From a virus (lineage: Duplodnaviria > Heunggongvirae > Uroviricota > Caudoviricetes), in the IMG/VR virus record IMGVR_UViG_2778261575_000003: a DNA stretch of 34,113 bases. One strand, written 5' to 3'. The notes below the pieces were generated by a model. The model saw only the letters and a program-made list of their open reading frames with translations. It had not been told where the DNA came from and did not search any database. The number at the start of each line of letters is the position of its first letter. Position 1 is the first letter of the stretch. Below, piece after piece: positions 8,645 to 18,355 of this stretch. The position numbers and the translations under genes were made by a program.

Positions 8645-11300
8645 CCTATTTAAACATTCCTTAAACTCAGAGTAGACTGGGTTAACAATCTGTTTCAATT
8701 GCAAATTGACAATCTATAGCCAGCGCGACGGGAGTGTTCATGTTTAGTCAGGTTGACATCGGTAGTTTCGGTAGTTTTACGGACCTCAGTTGGAAAAATA
8801 GCCTTAAGGATGCAGGTAACAATGTCCAGAATTTCAAGAGGCTTAACATCCTCTACGGACGGAACTACTCTGGTAAAACTACACTCTCACGAATTTTCCG
8901 CGCTTTGGAAACGGGGCGCATTCCACATAACTACGTGGACCCAAATTTTACTATTCGTGGTGACAAAGGTGATGTGACACAGGTAGGTCTTGCTGGTCAT
9001 GGCTACGATGTTCGCGTCTACAACCGGGATTTTGTGAGCGATAACCTAAACTTCTTGGTCAATCAGACCGACGGCGAGATCAAGACGTTTGCTATCGTTG
9101 GTGAAAAGAATAAAGAAATCGAAGATGCCATTACCGCAATTCAAACTAGGTTAGGCAGTGTTGAATCGAAGGCGGGTCTCCGACATGAGCTTGAAGCTAA
9201 AAAGAAAGAGCGAGATCGAACCAAAGACAATCATAAAACTGCGTCTGATGCTCTAGAGGGCAAACTTCGTTCTCATGCTAACAATAAGATTAAACAGAAT
9301 CGCATCTACGGCCCTGCTGTCTACAACATAGAAAGCATCAAAAAAGACATTGGTTTAGTCAAAAAACCTGGCTTCAGGGCTCTGACAACCGAAGAACAAG
9401 CAGCCAAGGTCAATCTCTTGAAGCAAGAGGCCTTGCCTGATATTAACGATACCGTATCGATAAACCTCAACATCGAATCAATAAGCAAAGAAGCTGAAGA
9501 ACTCCTTTTAAGATTGATTGAGCCTACCCTGCCAATTCAGGAGTTGTTGAATGAGACGGCTCTCCAGATGTGGGTGAAGGAAGGTATACCGCTGCACAAA
9601 GATAAGCGGGACACTTGCGCATTCTGTCGTCAGAATCTTCCTCATGATATCTGGCAGGTATTAGGCTCTCACTTCAGTAAGGAATCCTCGGCTCTGGAGT
9701 CAAGTATCGATTCATGTCTGACTTCTATCACCACCGAAATCCAAGCCATTCCTAACTTCTTGACTTTGACTGGCGATAAATTCTACGCAGAAGAGAAAAT
9801 ATTATTTGAAAACAGCAAGATAGAACTTTCTGAACATCTGAAAGACTACATGCAGGACCTCAAAGCTCTGCAGGCGGCGTTGGATAAGAGAAAGAACGCT
9901 ATTTTTCAGCAGGTTCTCATGCCTGTCTATATTCATAATCCGACAGCAATTCAGCAATGTGTGGGCGACATCAATGCTCTGATCGTCAAAAATAATGACC
10001 GCACAATTTCGCTGGAGAACGATAAAAGCACTGCACGAGAATCTCTCCGGCTTACCGATGTGGCGTCTTTTATCGCAGACATCACCTACGATAATGAATT
10101 CGCCCGTATTGCCAGTCTTAAGTCAGATGCTAACACAGCCAACACTGCCTTTACCGAAACTGAAGCTGAAATTTTTGAACAAGAAACCGAAGTGACCCGT
10201 TTACAGGGGCAGCAGAAGGATGAACGCAAGGGCGCGGAGCGAGTCAATGAGTTGCTCAGCCACTTTTTTGGTCATGACGGCATCGAACTTGAAGCAAAAG
10301 ACAATGTTGAGAATACTTCGGTTAAGTTTGAAGTCACCAGAGATGGCAAATCAGCCTACAACTTGAGCGAAGGAGAATGCAGCCTGATTGCTTTCTGCTA
10401 CTTCATGGCCAAGTTGGAAGAGCCTGAAAGCAAAGGTAAGGATCTGATCATTTATATAGATGACCCGATTTCCAGTCTTGACGGAAATCACATTTTCTTC
10501 ATGTTCAGCTTGATTGAAAGCCTGATTGCGAAACCCATTAAGAATTTAGATGGAACAAACAGCTATCGCTATAAGCAGCTTTTTATATCCACCCACAACC
10601 TAGATTTCTTGAAATATCTGAAGAAAATATCACTTCCTAATGAAAGGAATCATGGTGGATGCCAACATTTAATCGTTGAGAGAAATGGAGGGGCAAGTCA
10701 GATTTCCCTGATGCCTTCATATTTGCGAGACTACATCACTGAATTCAACTACCTGTTTCATCAGATTTACAAGTGCCGTAATCAAGTTGGAGCGAATGAA
10801 TCTCATGAACCATACTATGGATTCGGTAACAACCTCCGCAAGTTCCTTGAGGCATTTCTGTTCTTTAAGTTCCCGCACCATGATGACAAGAACGATGCCT
10901 TTGAACGGATCAAGAAATTCTTTGGCGAAGAGGATTCAACAGCGATAGCTCTTGTGAATAGACTTAACAACGAGTTTTCACATCTCGAATCAATTCCTGA
11001 TCGCGGATTCAAACCTGTGGAGATTCCAGAAATTTCCAAGGTAGCCAACTACGTGTTAGACAAGATTTATGCGTCAGATCCGCATCAATACAATTCCTTG
11101 TTAAAAAGCATTGGCGAACCACCAAGGTTATCTTAGGAAAAAGAGTATTAAGAGTTTTTTACGGTAAGCGAGGTGCTATTCGGATCTGGAATGCACCTCT
11201 CAAACACACCGGATGAGCACTCAATGATGTACGGACAATCGGAACACTCAAAAGAGAGTGGAGCTAAACAGGTATGAATAGTAAATGTCCGCTTCTCGCT
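8530..11300. other. AT-rich accessory insertion (defence moron) within the prophage early region
   Basis: Visibly lower GC and AT-rich codon choice compared with flanking phage genes; contains a single large gene (8740..11136). Confidence 0.6.
8740..11136 (+). CDS. AAA_13-family ATPase with coiled-coil/CxxC insert and C-terminal nuclease-like domain (RloC/PrrC-like anticodon nuclease candidate)
   Basis: 798 aa from ATG 8740 (GGAG 5 nt upstream). Walker A LYGRNYSGKTTLSRI, long charged coiled-coil insert with CAFCRQ, Walker B DLIIYIDDPISSLD, FISTHN, then a ~200-aa C-terminal domain with NNLRKFLEAF...PHH (R-x3-E...H). Confidence 0.75.
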   Translation: MFSQVDIGSFGSFTDLSWKNSLKDAGNNVQNFKRLNILYGRNYSGKTTLSRIFRALETGRIPHNYVDPNFTIRGDKGDVTQVGLAGHGYDVRVYNRDFVSDNLNFLVNQTDGEIKTFAIVGEKNKEIEDAITAIQTRLGSVESKAGLRHELEAKKKERDRTKDNHKTASDALEGKLRSHANNKIKQNRIYGPAVYNIESIKKDIGLVKKPGFRALTTEEQAAKVNLLKQEALPDINDTVSINLNIESISKEAEELLLRLIEPTLPIQELLNETALQMWVKEGIPLHKDKRDTCAFCRQNLPHDIWQVLGSHFSKESSALESSIDSCLTSITTEIQAIPNFLTLTGDKFYAEEKILFENSKIELSEHLKDYMQDLKALQAALDKRKNAIFQQVLMPVYIHNPTAIQQCVGDINALIVKNNDRTISLENDKSTARESLRLTDVASFIADITYDNEFARIASLKSDANTANTAFTETEAEIFEQETEVTRLQGQQKDERKGAERVNELLSHFFGHDGIELEAKDNVENTSVKFEVTRDGKSAYNLSEGECSLIAFCYFMAKLEEPESKGKDLIIYIDDPISSLDGNHIFFMFSLIESLIAKPIKNLDGTNSYRYKQLFISTHNLDFLKYLKKISLPNERNHGGCQHLIVERNGGASQISLMPSYLRDYITEFNYLFHQIYKCRNQVGANESHEPYYGFGNNLRKFLEAFLFFKFPHHDDKNDAFERIKKFFGEEDSTAIALVNRLNNEFSHLESIPDRGFKPVEIPEISKVANYVLDKIYASDPHQYNSLLKSIGEPPRLS

Positions 11301-11493
11301 AAATAAAAGCGGACTAGAAGGTTAGCTTGCATCGGACTTTGCATATTTAAAGAAGTGCTGGTGGTGACTGGTTGCTGTTTTTCATTTCCACAGAACAAAA
11401 TCAGAGAAACTATATCTAATAGTTGCATTGAATCACTGACGAGACAGCCTCATATTTATCAGGACTGGTGTACGTCCAATACAGGAGGTTGTG

Positions 11494-11583
11494 GTGCTGG
11501 TTCTCAAATGTGCGCTGGCTATTGCGGCTGTAATGGCGATTTATTTTCTTGCCATTGTTCTTATGGATCGCCTTTCTGACTGA
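11494..11583 (+). CDS. Candidate small hydrophobic membrane peptide (type I toxin-like)
   Basis: 29-codon ORF (V)LVLKCALAIAAVMAIYFLAIVLMDRLSD starting at GTG 11494 (in-frame GTG also at 11491), 5 nt after a consensus AGGAGG (11483-11488). Below the ORF-track size cutoff. Confidence 0.35.
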   Translation: MLVLKCALAIAAVMAIYFLAIVLMDRLSD

Positions 11584-11794
11584 TTGCATATTGGCGAGGT
11601 AACGGGAGTTAAGTAGAATGCCTGCGGGTGCTTGAGGCTATCTGCCTCGGGCATGAACACCAAAGGCAGATAGAGAAAAGCCCCAGTTAACATTACGCGT
11701 CCTGCAAGACGCTTAACATTAATCTGAGGCTCAATCTATGCTGAACACATGTAGGTTAGCCTCTTACGTGCCGAAAGGCAAGGAGAAGCAGGCT

Positions 11795-11950
11795 ATGAAG
11801 CAGCAAAAGGCGATGTTAATCGCCCTGATCGTCATCTGTTTAACCGTCATAGTGACGGCACTGGTAACGAGGAAAGACCTCTGCGAGGTACGAATCCGAA
11901 CCGGCCAGACGGAGGTCGCTGTCTTCACAGCTTACGAACCTGAGGAGTAA
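11795..11950 (+). CDS. hokD: Hok-family type I toxin (HokD/RelF-like)
   Basis: 51 aa MKQQKAMLIALIVICLTVIVTALVTRKDLCEVRIRTGQTEVAVFTAYEPEE from ATG 11795 with AAGGAGAAG RBS. An in-frame upstream ATG at 11738 gives a 70-aa mok-like extension. Leader hairpins follow, then a terminator. Confidence 0.9.
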   Translation: MKQQKAMLIALIVICLTVIVTALVTRKDLCEVRIRTGQTEVAVFTAYEPEE

Positions 11951-12020
11951 GAGACCCGGCGAGGGAGAAATCCCTCGCCACCTCTGATGTGGCAGGCATC
12001 CTCAACGCACCCGCACTTAA

Positions 12021-12046
12021 CCCGCTTCGGCGGGTTTTTGTTTTTA
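12021..12046 (+). terminator. Rho-independent terminator after hok
   Basis: CCCGC-TTCG-GCGGG hairpin followed by a T-run. Confidence 0.75.
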
Positions 12047-12166
12047 TTTTCAACGCGTTTGAAGTTCTGGACGGTGCCGGAATAGAATCAAAAATACTTA
12101 AGTAGCGCGCAGGGATAAGAGGGATGGTCCCTTAAAGGGGAGAGCTAATTATCCGGAAGGATTCTG

Positions 12167-12418
12167 ATGATGAACATCGAAGAACTGCGTAAAATTTTTT
12201 GTGAAGATGGCCTCTATGCTGTGTGCGTTGAAAATGGAAATCTTGTTAGTCATTACCGCATTATGTGTTTGCGAAAGAATGGGGCTGCGTTAATTAATTT
12301 TGTGGATGGTCGAGTGACAGACGGATTTATCTTGCGCGAAGGTGAGTTTGTCACTTCATTACAGGCACTGAAAGAGATCGGAATAAAAGCAGGCTTTTCA
12401 GCTTTTGCAGAAGAATAA
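12167..12418 (+). CDS. Rem-like small protein (hypothetical)
   Basis: 83-aa ORF with GGAAGGA RBS; same size and position (after hok) as Qin rem. Function unknown. Confidence 0.55.
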   Translation: MMNIEELRKIFCEDGLYAVCVENGNLVSHYRIMCLRKNGAALINFVDGRVTDGFILREGEFVTSLQALKEIGIKAGFSAFAEE

Positions 12419-12484
12419 ACTCATCTACAATCTTGCGCGGGGCTGAACTCCCGCTGAGTAACACCGTGCCACCGGAGAAAACCG

Positions 12485-12763
12485 ATGGCACGCAACGTAA
12501 AATATTACAATTCTGATAATTCGCCCGTTCTTGCCTGCACGCACGAGCGGTATTCTCACGCATTCAAGTCTGAATGGTTCCAACACCCTCCATGCACTGA
12601 AGAGCAGGCTGAATGGATAATTCAGTGTTACCGCAGGCGCGGATACGAGGTTAAGAAAGCCCTTAGTCTCGACTACCGTCACTGGATAATCTCAGTCAGA
12701 TTGCCTTACTCCGAACGCCCACCACGTGCGTCCCGCACTTTCCAGCAACGGATCTGGAGGTAA
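12485..12763 (+). CDS. Hypothetical protein
   Basis: 92-aa ORF, ATG with GGAGAAA RBS; its stop (12761-12763) abuts the GTG start of the next gene, suggesting translational coupling. Confidence 0.5.
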   Translation: MARNVKYYNSDNSPVLACTHERYSHAFKSEWFQHPPCTEEQAEWIIQCYRRRGYEVKKALSLDYRHWIISVRLPYSERPPRASRTFQQRIWR

Positions 12764-12764
12764 C

Positions 12765-13814
12765 GTGCGGGTATTACTTAGACCTGTTCTGGTGCCTGAG
12801 CTTGGGCTGGTGGTCCTTAAGCCGGGCCGTGAATCCATACAGATATTTCATAATCCTCGAGTGCTGGTGGAACCGGAACCAAAAAGCATGCGTAATCTGC
12901 CATCCGGAGTCGTTCCTGCCGTTGGCCAGCCGCTGGCGGAAGACAAAACATTGCTGCCGTTTTTTAGTAACGAACGGGTGATTCGTGCTGCTGGCGGCGT
13001 TGGCGCATTGTCTGACTGGCTATTACGTCATGTTACATCCTGCCAGTGGCCTAATGGAGATTACCATCACACTGAAACAGTCATTCACCGTTATGGTACC
13101 GGCGCAATGGTGTTGTGTTGGCACTGCGACAACCAACTGCGTGACCAGACATCGGAATCACTGGAGCTGCTTGCTCAACAAAATCTGACAGCATGGGTGA
13201 TTGACGTCATCCGTCACGCAATAAGCGGTACGCAGGAGCGGGAATTATCTTTGGCTGAATTATCCTGGTGGGCGGTCTGCAATCAGGTGGTGGATGCACT
13301 ACCTGAGGCTGTATCGCGTCGTTCGCTGGGATTACCAGCGGAAAAAATCTGCTCGGTGTACCGCGAAAGCGACATCGTACCGGGAGAGCAGACCGCCACC
13401 AGCATATTGAAACAACGCACAAAAAATCTTGCACCGTTGCCTTACGCCCACCAGCAACAAAAACTACCACAGGAAAAGACGGTGGTAAGCATCACCGTTG
13501 ATCCAGAGTCTCCGGAATCTTTCATGAAGCTGCCTAAACGTCGCCGCTGGGTTAAGGAGAAATACACACGTTGGGTTAAGACACAGCCGTGTGCTTGCTG
13601 CGGTATGCCAGCCGACGATCCGCATCATCTGATTGGTCACGGGCAGGGCGGAATGGGAACAAAAGCACATGATCTCTTTGTGTTGCCTTTGTGCAGAAAG
13701 CATCACAACGAGCTGCATACGGATACAGTGGCATTTGAAGAGAAGTATGGCTCCCAACTGGAGCTGATATTTCGTTTTATCGATCGCGCGCTGGCAATTG
13801 GCGTACTGGCGTAA
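12765..13814 (+). CDS. YdfU-like DUF968 protein with C-terminal HNH-like zinc-finger motif
   Basis: 349 aa from GTG 12765 (GGAGG 4 nt upstream), the length I recall for Qin YdfU. C-terminus has CACCG...DPHHL...KAHD...LPLCRKHHNELH, an HNH-like motif. Confidence 0.75.
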   Translation: MRVLLRPVLVPELGLVVLKPGRESIQIFHNPRVLVEPEPKSMRNLPSGVVPAVGQPLAEDKTLLPFFSNERVIRAAGGVGALSDWLLRHVTSCQWPNGDYHHTETVIHRYGTGAMVLCWHCDNQLRDQTSESLELLAQQNLTAWVIDVIRHAISGTQERELSLAELSWWAVCNQVVDALPEAVSRRSLGLPAEKICSVYRESDIVPGEQTATSILKQRTKNLAPLPYAHQQQKLPQEKTVVSITVDPESPESFMKLPKRRRWVKEKYTRWVKTQPCACCGMPADDPHHLIGHGQGGMGTKAHDLFVLPLCRKHHNELHTDTVAFEEKYGSQLELIFRFIDRALAIGVLA

Positions 13815-13827
13815 GTGGAGAACGAGC

Positions 13828-14580
13828 ATGAACCTTGAAGCCTTACCAAAATATTACTCCCCAAAATCTCCAAAATTGAGCGATGACGCTCCAGCGACAG
13901 GCACCGGTTGTTTAACAATTACGGATGTAATGGCAGCGCAGGGGATGGTGCAGTCGAAAGCACCACTTGGGTTGGCCTTATTTCTGGCAAAAGTTGGTGT
14001 TCAGGACCCTCAGTTTGCGATTGAAGGCCTGCTAAATTACGCGATGGCACTGGATAACCCGACATTGAACAAATTGAGTGAAGAAATCCGGTTACAGATT
14101 ATTCCTTACCTCGTGAGTTTTGCCTTTGCTGATTACTCCAGGTCTGCGGCAAGTAAGGCTCGCTGTGAGCATTGTTCTGGTACGGGATTTTATAATGTAT
14201 TGCGCGAAGTGGTGAAACACTACAGACGCGGGGAATCTGTAATCAAGGAAGAATGGGTGAAGGAACTATGTCAGCATTGCCATGGTAAGGGCGAAGTCAG
14301 CACAGCGTGCAGAGGGTGTAAGGGTAAAGGGATTGTTCTGGATGAAAAAAGAACCCGGTTTCATGGCGTACCGGTATATAAGATTTGTGGGCGTTGTAAT
14401 GGAAACCGGTTTAGTCGTTTACCGACCACGCTGGCACGACGTCATGTCCAGAAGCTGGTACCAGACCTGACCGATTATCAGTGGTATAAGGGGTATGCGG
14501 ACGTCATTGATAAACTGGTAACAAAGTGCTGGCAGGAAGAAGCATACGCGGAAGCGCAATTGAGGAAGGTGACGAGATAA
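13828..14580 (+). CDS. Late-gene antiterminator Q (phage 21 / Qin QuuQ-like)
   Basis: 250 aa from ATG 13828 (GGAG 7 nt upstream). Cys-rich zinc-binding motifs ([30 protein letters not shown]); directly upstream of a promoter/terminator pair and the lysis cassette. Confidence 0.85.
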   Translation: MNLEALPKYYSPKSPKLSDDAPATGTGCLTITDVMAAQGMVQSKAPLGLALFLAKVGVQDPQFAIEGLLNYAMALDNPTLNKLSEEIRLQIIPYLVSFAFADYSRSAASKARCEHCSGTGFYNVLREVVKHYRRGESVIKEEWVKELCQHCHGKGEVSTACRGCKGKGIVLDEKRTRFHGVPVYKICGRCNGNRFSRLPTTLARRHVQKLVPDLTDYQWYKGYADVIDKLVTKCWQEEAYAEAQLRKVTR

Positions 14581-14611
14581 ATGATTTTTGCTGAAGATGG
14601 CGACATGATGT

Positions 14612-14640
14612 TTGCATTTTTCAAAAAACATGGATAAGAT
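14612..14640 (+). promoter_or_regulatory. Candidate late promoter pR'
   Basis: TTGCAT, 17-bp spacer, TAAGAT, immediately downstream of Q and upstream of a strong terminator; position matches the lambdoid pR'-qut-tR' arrangement. Confidence 0.5.
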
Positions 14641-14686
14641 TTTCTCAACGATGGGCTTTGTGTATCCGACGTTTAGAAAAAAGTAG

Positions 14687-14712
14687 AAAACCCGCTGATA
14701 AGCGGGTTTTTG
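14687..14712 (+). terminator. Rho-independent terminator (candidate tR')
   Basis: AAAACCCGC-TGATAA-GCGGGTTTT hairpin with A-run before and T-run after (potentially bidirectional). Confidence 0.8.
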
Positions 14713-15255
14713 TGCTTTAAATGGGGCAATAGAGATATTGAATCTCATCCCGGGATAAACATTGGGAGTTGAAGGTCCACGCGAACCATTTATCCGGCAA
14801 AATTCCACGCGTAATCCTGTGGTAATTTCTTCTGCATCTCGAAGATTGAGAGCTGAAACGTGAAGCTGGGCATCGATACGCCATCGGATGGGAATATAAG
14901 ACCTTTGCTGCTTTTGTAGTCAAAGTTTTTGACAATTCCTGTCATTTTAGGGGACAGAAAAACTCCTTAATACTGATAACCTGGTGCACCATACACACGT
15001 TCCTGGAGAAAACTACTTTGTTGATAGGGTTTAAGGTGGCTGGATGTCTAAAATAAACATTGCTTCATATGTTCAACTATGAGTTAATGACTGCGTCGGT
15101 TTGAAGAACAGACGATATACGAAGTAGTTTACTAAAGCAGTTCTCATTTCAGGTGTTATTCACTTATTCCTTCTTTGAGTCTCTCCAATTAAGTACGAAG
15201 TCGTTTCTGTTATGCAAACCATTTATGCCGAAAGGCTCAAGTTAAGGAATGTAGA

Positions 15256-15471
15256 ATGTCAAATAAAATGACTGGTTTAGTAAAATGGTTTAACGCTGAT
15301 AAAGGTTTCGGCTTTATTTCTCCTGTTGATGGTAGTAAAGATGTGTTTGTGCATTTTTCTGCGATTCAGAATGATAATTATCGAACCTTATTTGAAGGTC
15401 AAAAGGTTACCTTCTCTATAGAGAGTGGTGCTAAAGGTCCTGCAGCAGCAAATGTCATCATTACTGATTAA
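15256..15471 (+). CDS. cspB: Cold-shock protein, CspA family (CspB-like)
   Basis: 71 aa [38 protein letters not shown]... with RNP1/RNP2 motifs; long 5' UTR typical of csp genes. Confidence 0.9.
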   Translation: MSNKMTGLVKWFNADKGFGFISPVDGSKDVFVHFSAIQNDNYRTLFEGQKVTFSIESGAKGPAAANVIITD

Positions 15472-15752
15472 AATTCATCGCTCGTCTGTATACGATAACG
15501 AAGAAGGCTGATGCCTGAGTAGAGATACGGACAGAGTAGTGAATATTGGATCTCTTTAATAAAAAGTAAGGAGGTCCAATACATGAAACAATGGCCAGCA
15601 TATTTGGCAAAATCTTAATCAGGAAAAGTATGCTAACCATTGTGGTGAAGTGCAGGTTTGCTGCATGAATAGTTTCACAGCAGAAGCTAACTGCTGGCAT
15701 CGCAAAACAAAGTGCGTAAGTGGATGACTCCCACAAAAAGCACCACAATCTC

Positions 15753-15776
15753 AAACCCGCTCAGGCGGGTTTTTTA
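15753..15776. terminator. Rho-independent terminator, possibly bidirectional
   Basis: AAACCCGC-TCAG-GCGGGTTT hairpin with flanking A- and T-runs, between the cspB-like gene and a convergent minus-strand ORF. Confidence 0.75.
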
Positions 15777-15834
15777 TTATCTGCTTTAAATATATTATTA
15801 AAATATAAAAAATACTTGTTACTAATAAAATCAA

Positions 15835-16056
15835 TCAGGCTACAGCTTTAAGATTTGTCTGGAATACTTTGTTGCAATGAGGGCAGATCAAAAGGGCACC
15901 TTTTTGTACTCTTGAAAAACTGTGTTCTGACTCTTGGGTGCAGTTTGGGCAGGAACATTTAACGAGATAATTACGGCGTGATTTTGAGTCTTTACGTTCT
16001 GACATAGGCTTTTCCTGTATAAATGGCCGTATACAGTACACTAAATATGAAAACAT
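15835..16056 (-). CDS. Hypothetical small zinc-ribbon protein
   Basis: 73-aa ORF (or 56 aa from the internal ATG at 16005) with CxCPNC...CPHC motifs; convergent with cspB. Confidence 0.4.
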   Translation of the reverse strand: MFSYLVYCIRPFIQEKPMSERKDSKSRRNYLVKCSCPNCTQESEHSFSRVQKGALLICPHCNKVFQTNLKAVA

Positions 16057-16224
16057 TTCTCGTATTATTATTTTATATATGACTTTCTTTCAAAATAATT
16101 ACCCACATTTTTAATGTGTATGTTTTTTTAGCGCCGTTGAGAACAACGTGTGCTGTCAAAACTACCCCGTAGACTCCGATCTTTTCAAACATATTGCACC
16201 ATCCGTGTACATCGGGGTGAGGAT

Positions 16225-16440
16225 ATGAAATCAATGGATAAGTTAACTACAGGTGTTGCCTATGGCACATCGGCGGGTAATGCTGGTTTCTGGGCATTGC
16301 AGTTACTCGATAAAGTAACTCCGTCACAGTGGGCTGCAATCGGTGTGCTGGGTAGCCTGGTTTTTGGCCTGCTGACGTATCTGACAAATCTTTATTTCAA
16401 GATTAAAGAAGACAGGCGTAAGGCTGCGAGAGGAGAGTAA
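16225..16440 (+). CDS. Class II holin (phage 21 S21-like pinholin) with dual-start motif
   Basis: 71 aa [71 protein letters not shown], close to recollected S21. Met-Lys-Ser-Met dual start; GGTGAGGA RBS. Confidence 0.9.
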   Translation: MKSMDKLTTGVAYGTSAGNAGFWALQLLDKVTPSQWAAIGVLGSLVFGLLTYLTNLYFKIKEDRRKAARGE

Positions 16441-16444
16441 TCCA

Positions 16445-16752
16445 ATGACTCAAGACTATGAACTGGTTGTGAAAGGAGTCCGTAATTTTGAGAATAAAGT
16501 TACGGTAACTGTAGCCTTACAGGACAAAGAACGCTTTGACGGTGAAATTTTTGGCCTGGATGTCGCCATGGACCGTGTTGAAGGAGCTGCGCTGGAGTTT
16601 TATGAGGCAGCAGCCAGAATGAGCGTCCGGCAAGTCTTCCTGGAAGTAGCAGAAAAATTGTCAGAAAAAGTTGAGTCTTATCTGCAGCATCAGTACTCCT
16701 TTAAGATTGAAAATCCTGCCAATAAGCACGAGCGTCCTCATCATAAATATCT

Positions 16753-16756
<4 letters not shown>
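16445..16756 (+). CDS. Hypothetical protein between holin and endolysin (YdfR-like)
   Basis: 103-aa ORF; its stop overlaps the endolysin start (ATGA). Confidence 0.6.
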
Positions 16757-17780
<1,024 letters not shown>

Positions 17781-18142
17781 GGTAATATTAAATCGGAACA
17801 TTTACATCGCGGAATGTAAAATTTAAATAAAAAGGACTCTTCCATGAGCCAAAATTCCTGAAATCTTAAGGGTAAGATAAAAGGTCTTAATCAGAATGAC
17901 ACGTTTTATTAATAAATAAAGCTATTCTTTCATTGCTGTGTTTTTCTTTACAAAAGTAATCCTTGCTATGGGTGGTTAATCATGCGTTAATGGTGTTCTG
18001 GTTTGTTACAAATTTATCTGAAGCAGTCATTGTTATAATTTTATTATTTGTACCTCTTGAGATTTCCTTGTTGGTTTTTCTCTCTGATATTTTTTTTCGG
18101 ACCATTCTGCCCAAGGGCTAATTTCTTCAAAAGGTAATAATT

Positions 18143-18355
18143 ATGTCTAACAAAATGACTGGTTTAGTGAAATGGTTTAACCCTGAAAAAGGTTTTGGTT
18201 TCATCACGCCGAAAGATGGCAGCAAAGATGTGTTTGTCCATTTCTCAGCAATTCAGAGCAACGATTTCAAAACATTAACTGAGAATCAGGAAGTTGAATT
18301 TGGTATTGAGAACGGACCTAAAGGTCCTGCCGCTGTTCATGTAGTGGCGCTTTGA
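18143..18355 (+). CDS. cspI: Cold-shock protein, CspA family (CspI-like)
   Basis: 70 aa [45 protein letters not shown]...; long AT-rich 5' UTR (17790-18142). Confidence 0.9.
   Translation: MSNKMTGLVKWFNPEKGFGFITPKDGSKDVFVHFSAIQSNDFKTLTENQEVEFGIENGPKGPAAVHVVAL

Noticed and set aside
11355-11579. 74-aa Cys/Gly-rich ORF (GTG start)
   Set aside because: No Shine-Dalgarno, GTG start, odd composition; the consensus AGGAGG in this region serves a different frame (the 29-codon hydrophobic ORF). Kept only as an alternative.
12351-12682. Minus-strand ORFs of 70 and 85 aa overlapping rem-like and the 92-aa ORF
   Set aside because: Antisense overlaps of plus-strand genes that have RBS support and operon continuity.
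13207-13918. Minus-strand ORFs (87, 121, 71 aa) inside the YdfU-like and Q genes
   Set aside because: Embedded antisense to motif-supported CDSs.
14419-14935. Minus-strand ORFs (129 and 72 aa) spanning the Q 3' end and the pR'/tR' region
   Set aside because: Cross a strong terminator hairpin and the Q coding region; no RBS.
15461-15754. 97-aa minus-strand ORF downstream of cspB
   Set aside because: Hydrophobic low-complexity product antisense to the structured region; no start context. A real minus-strand transcript cannot be excluded.
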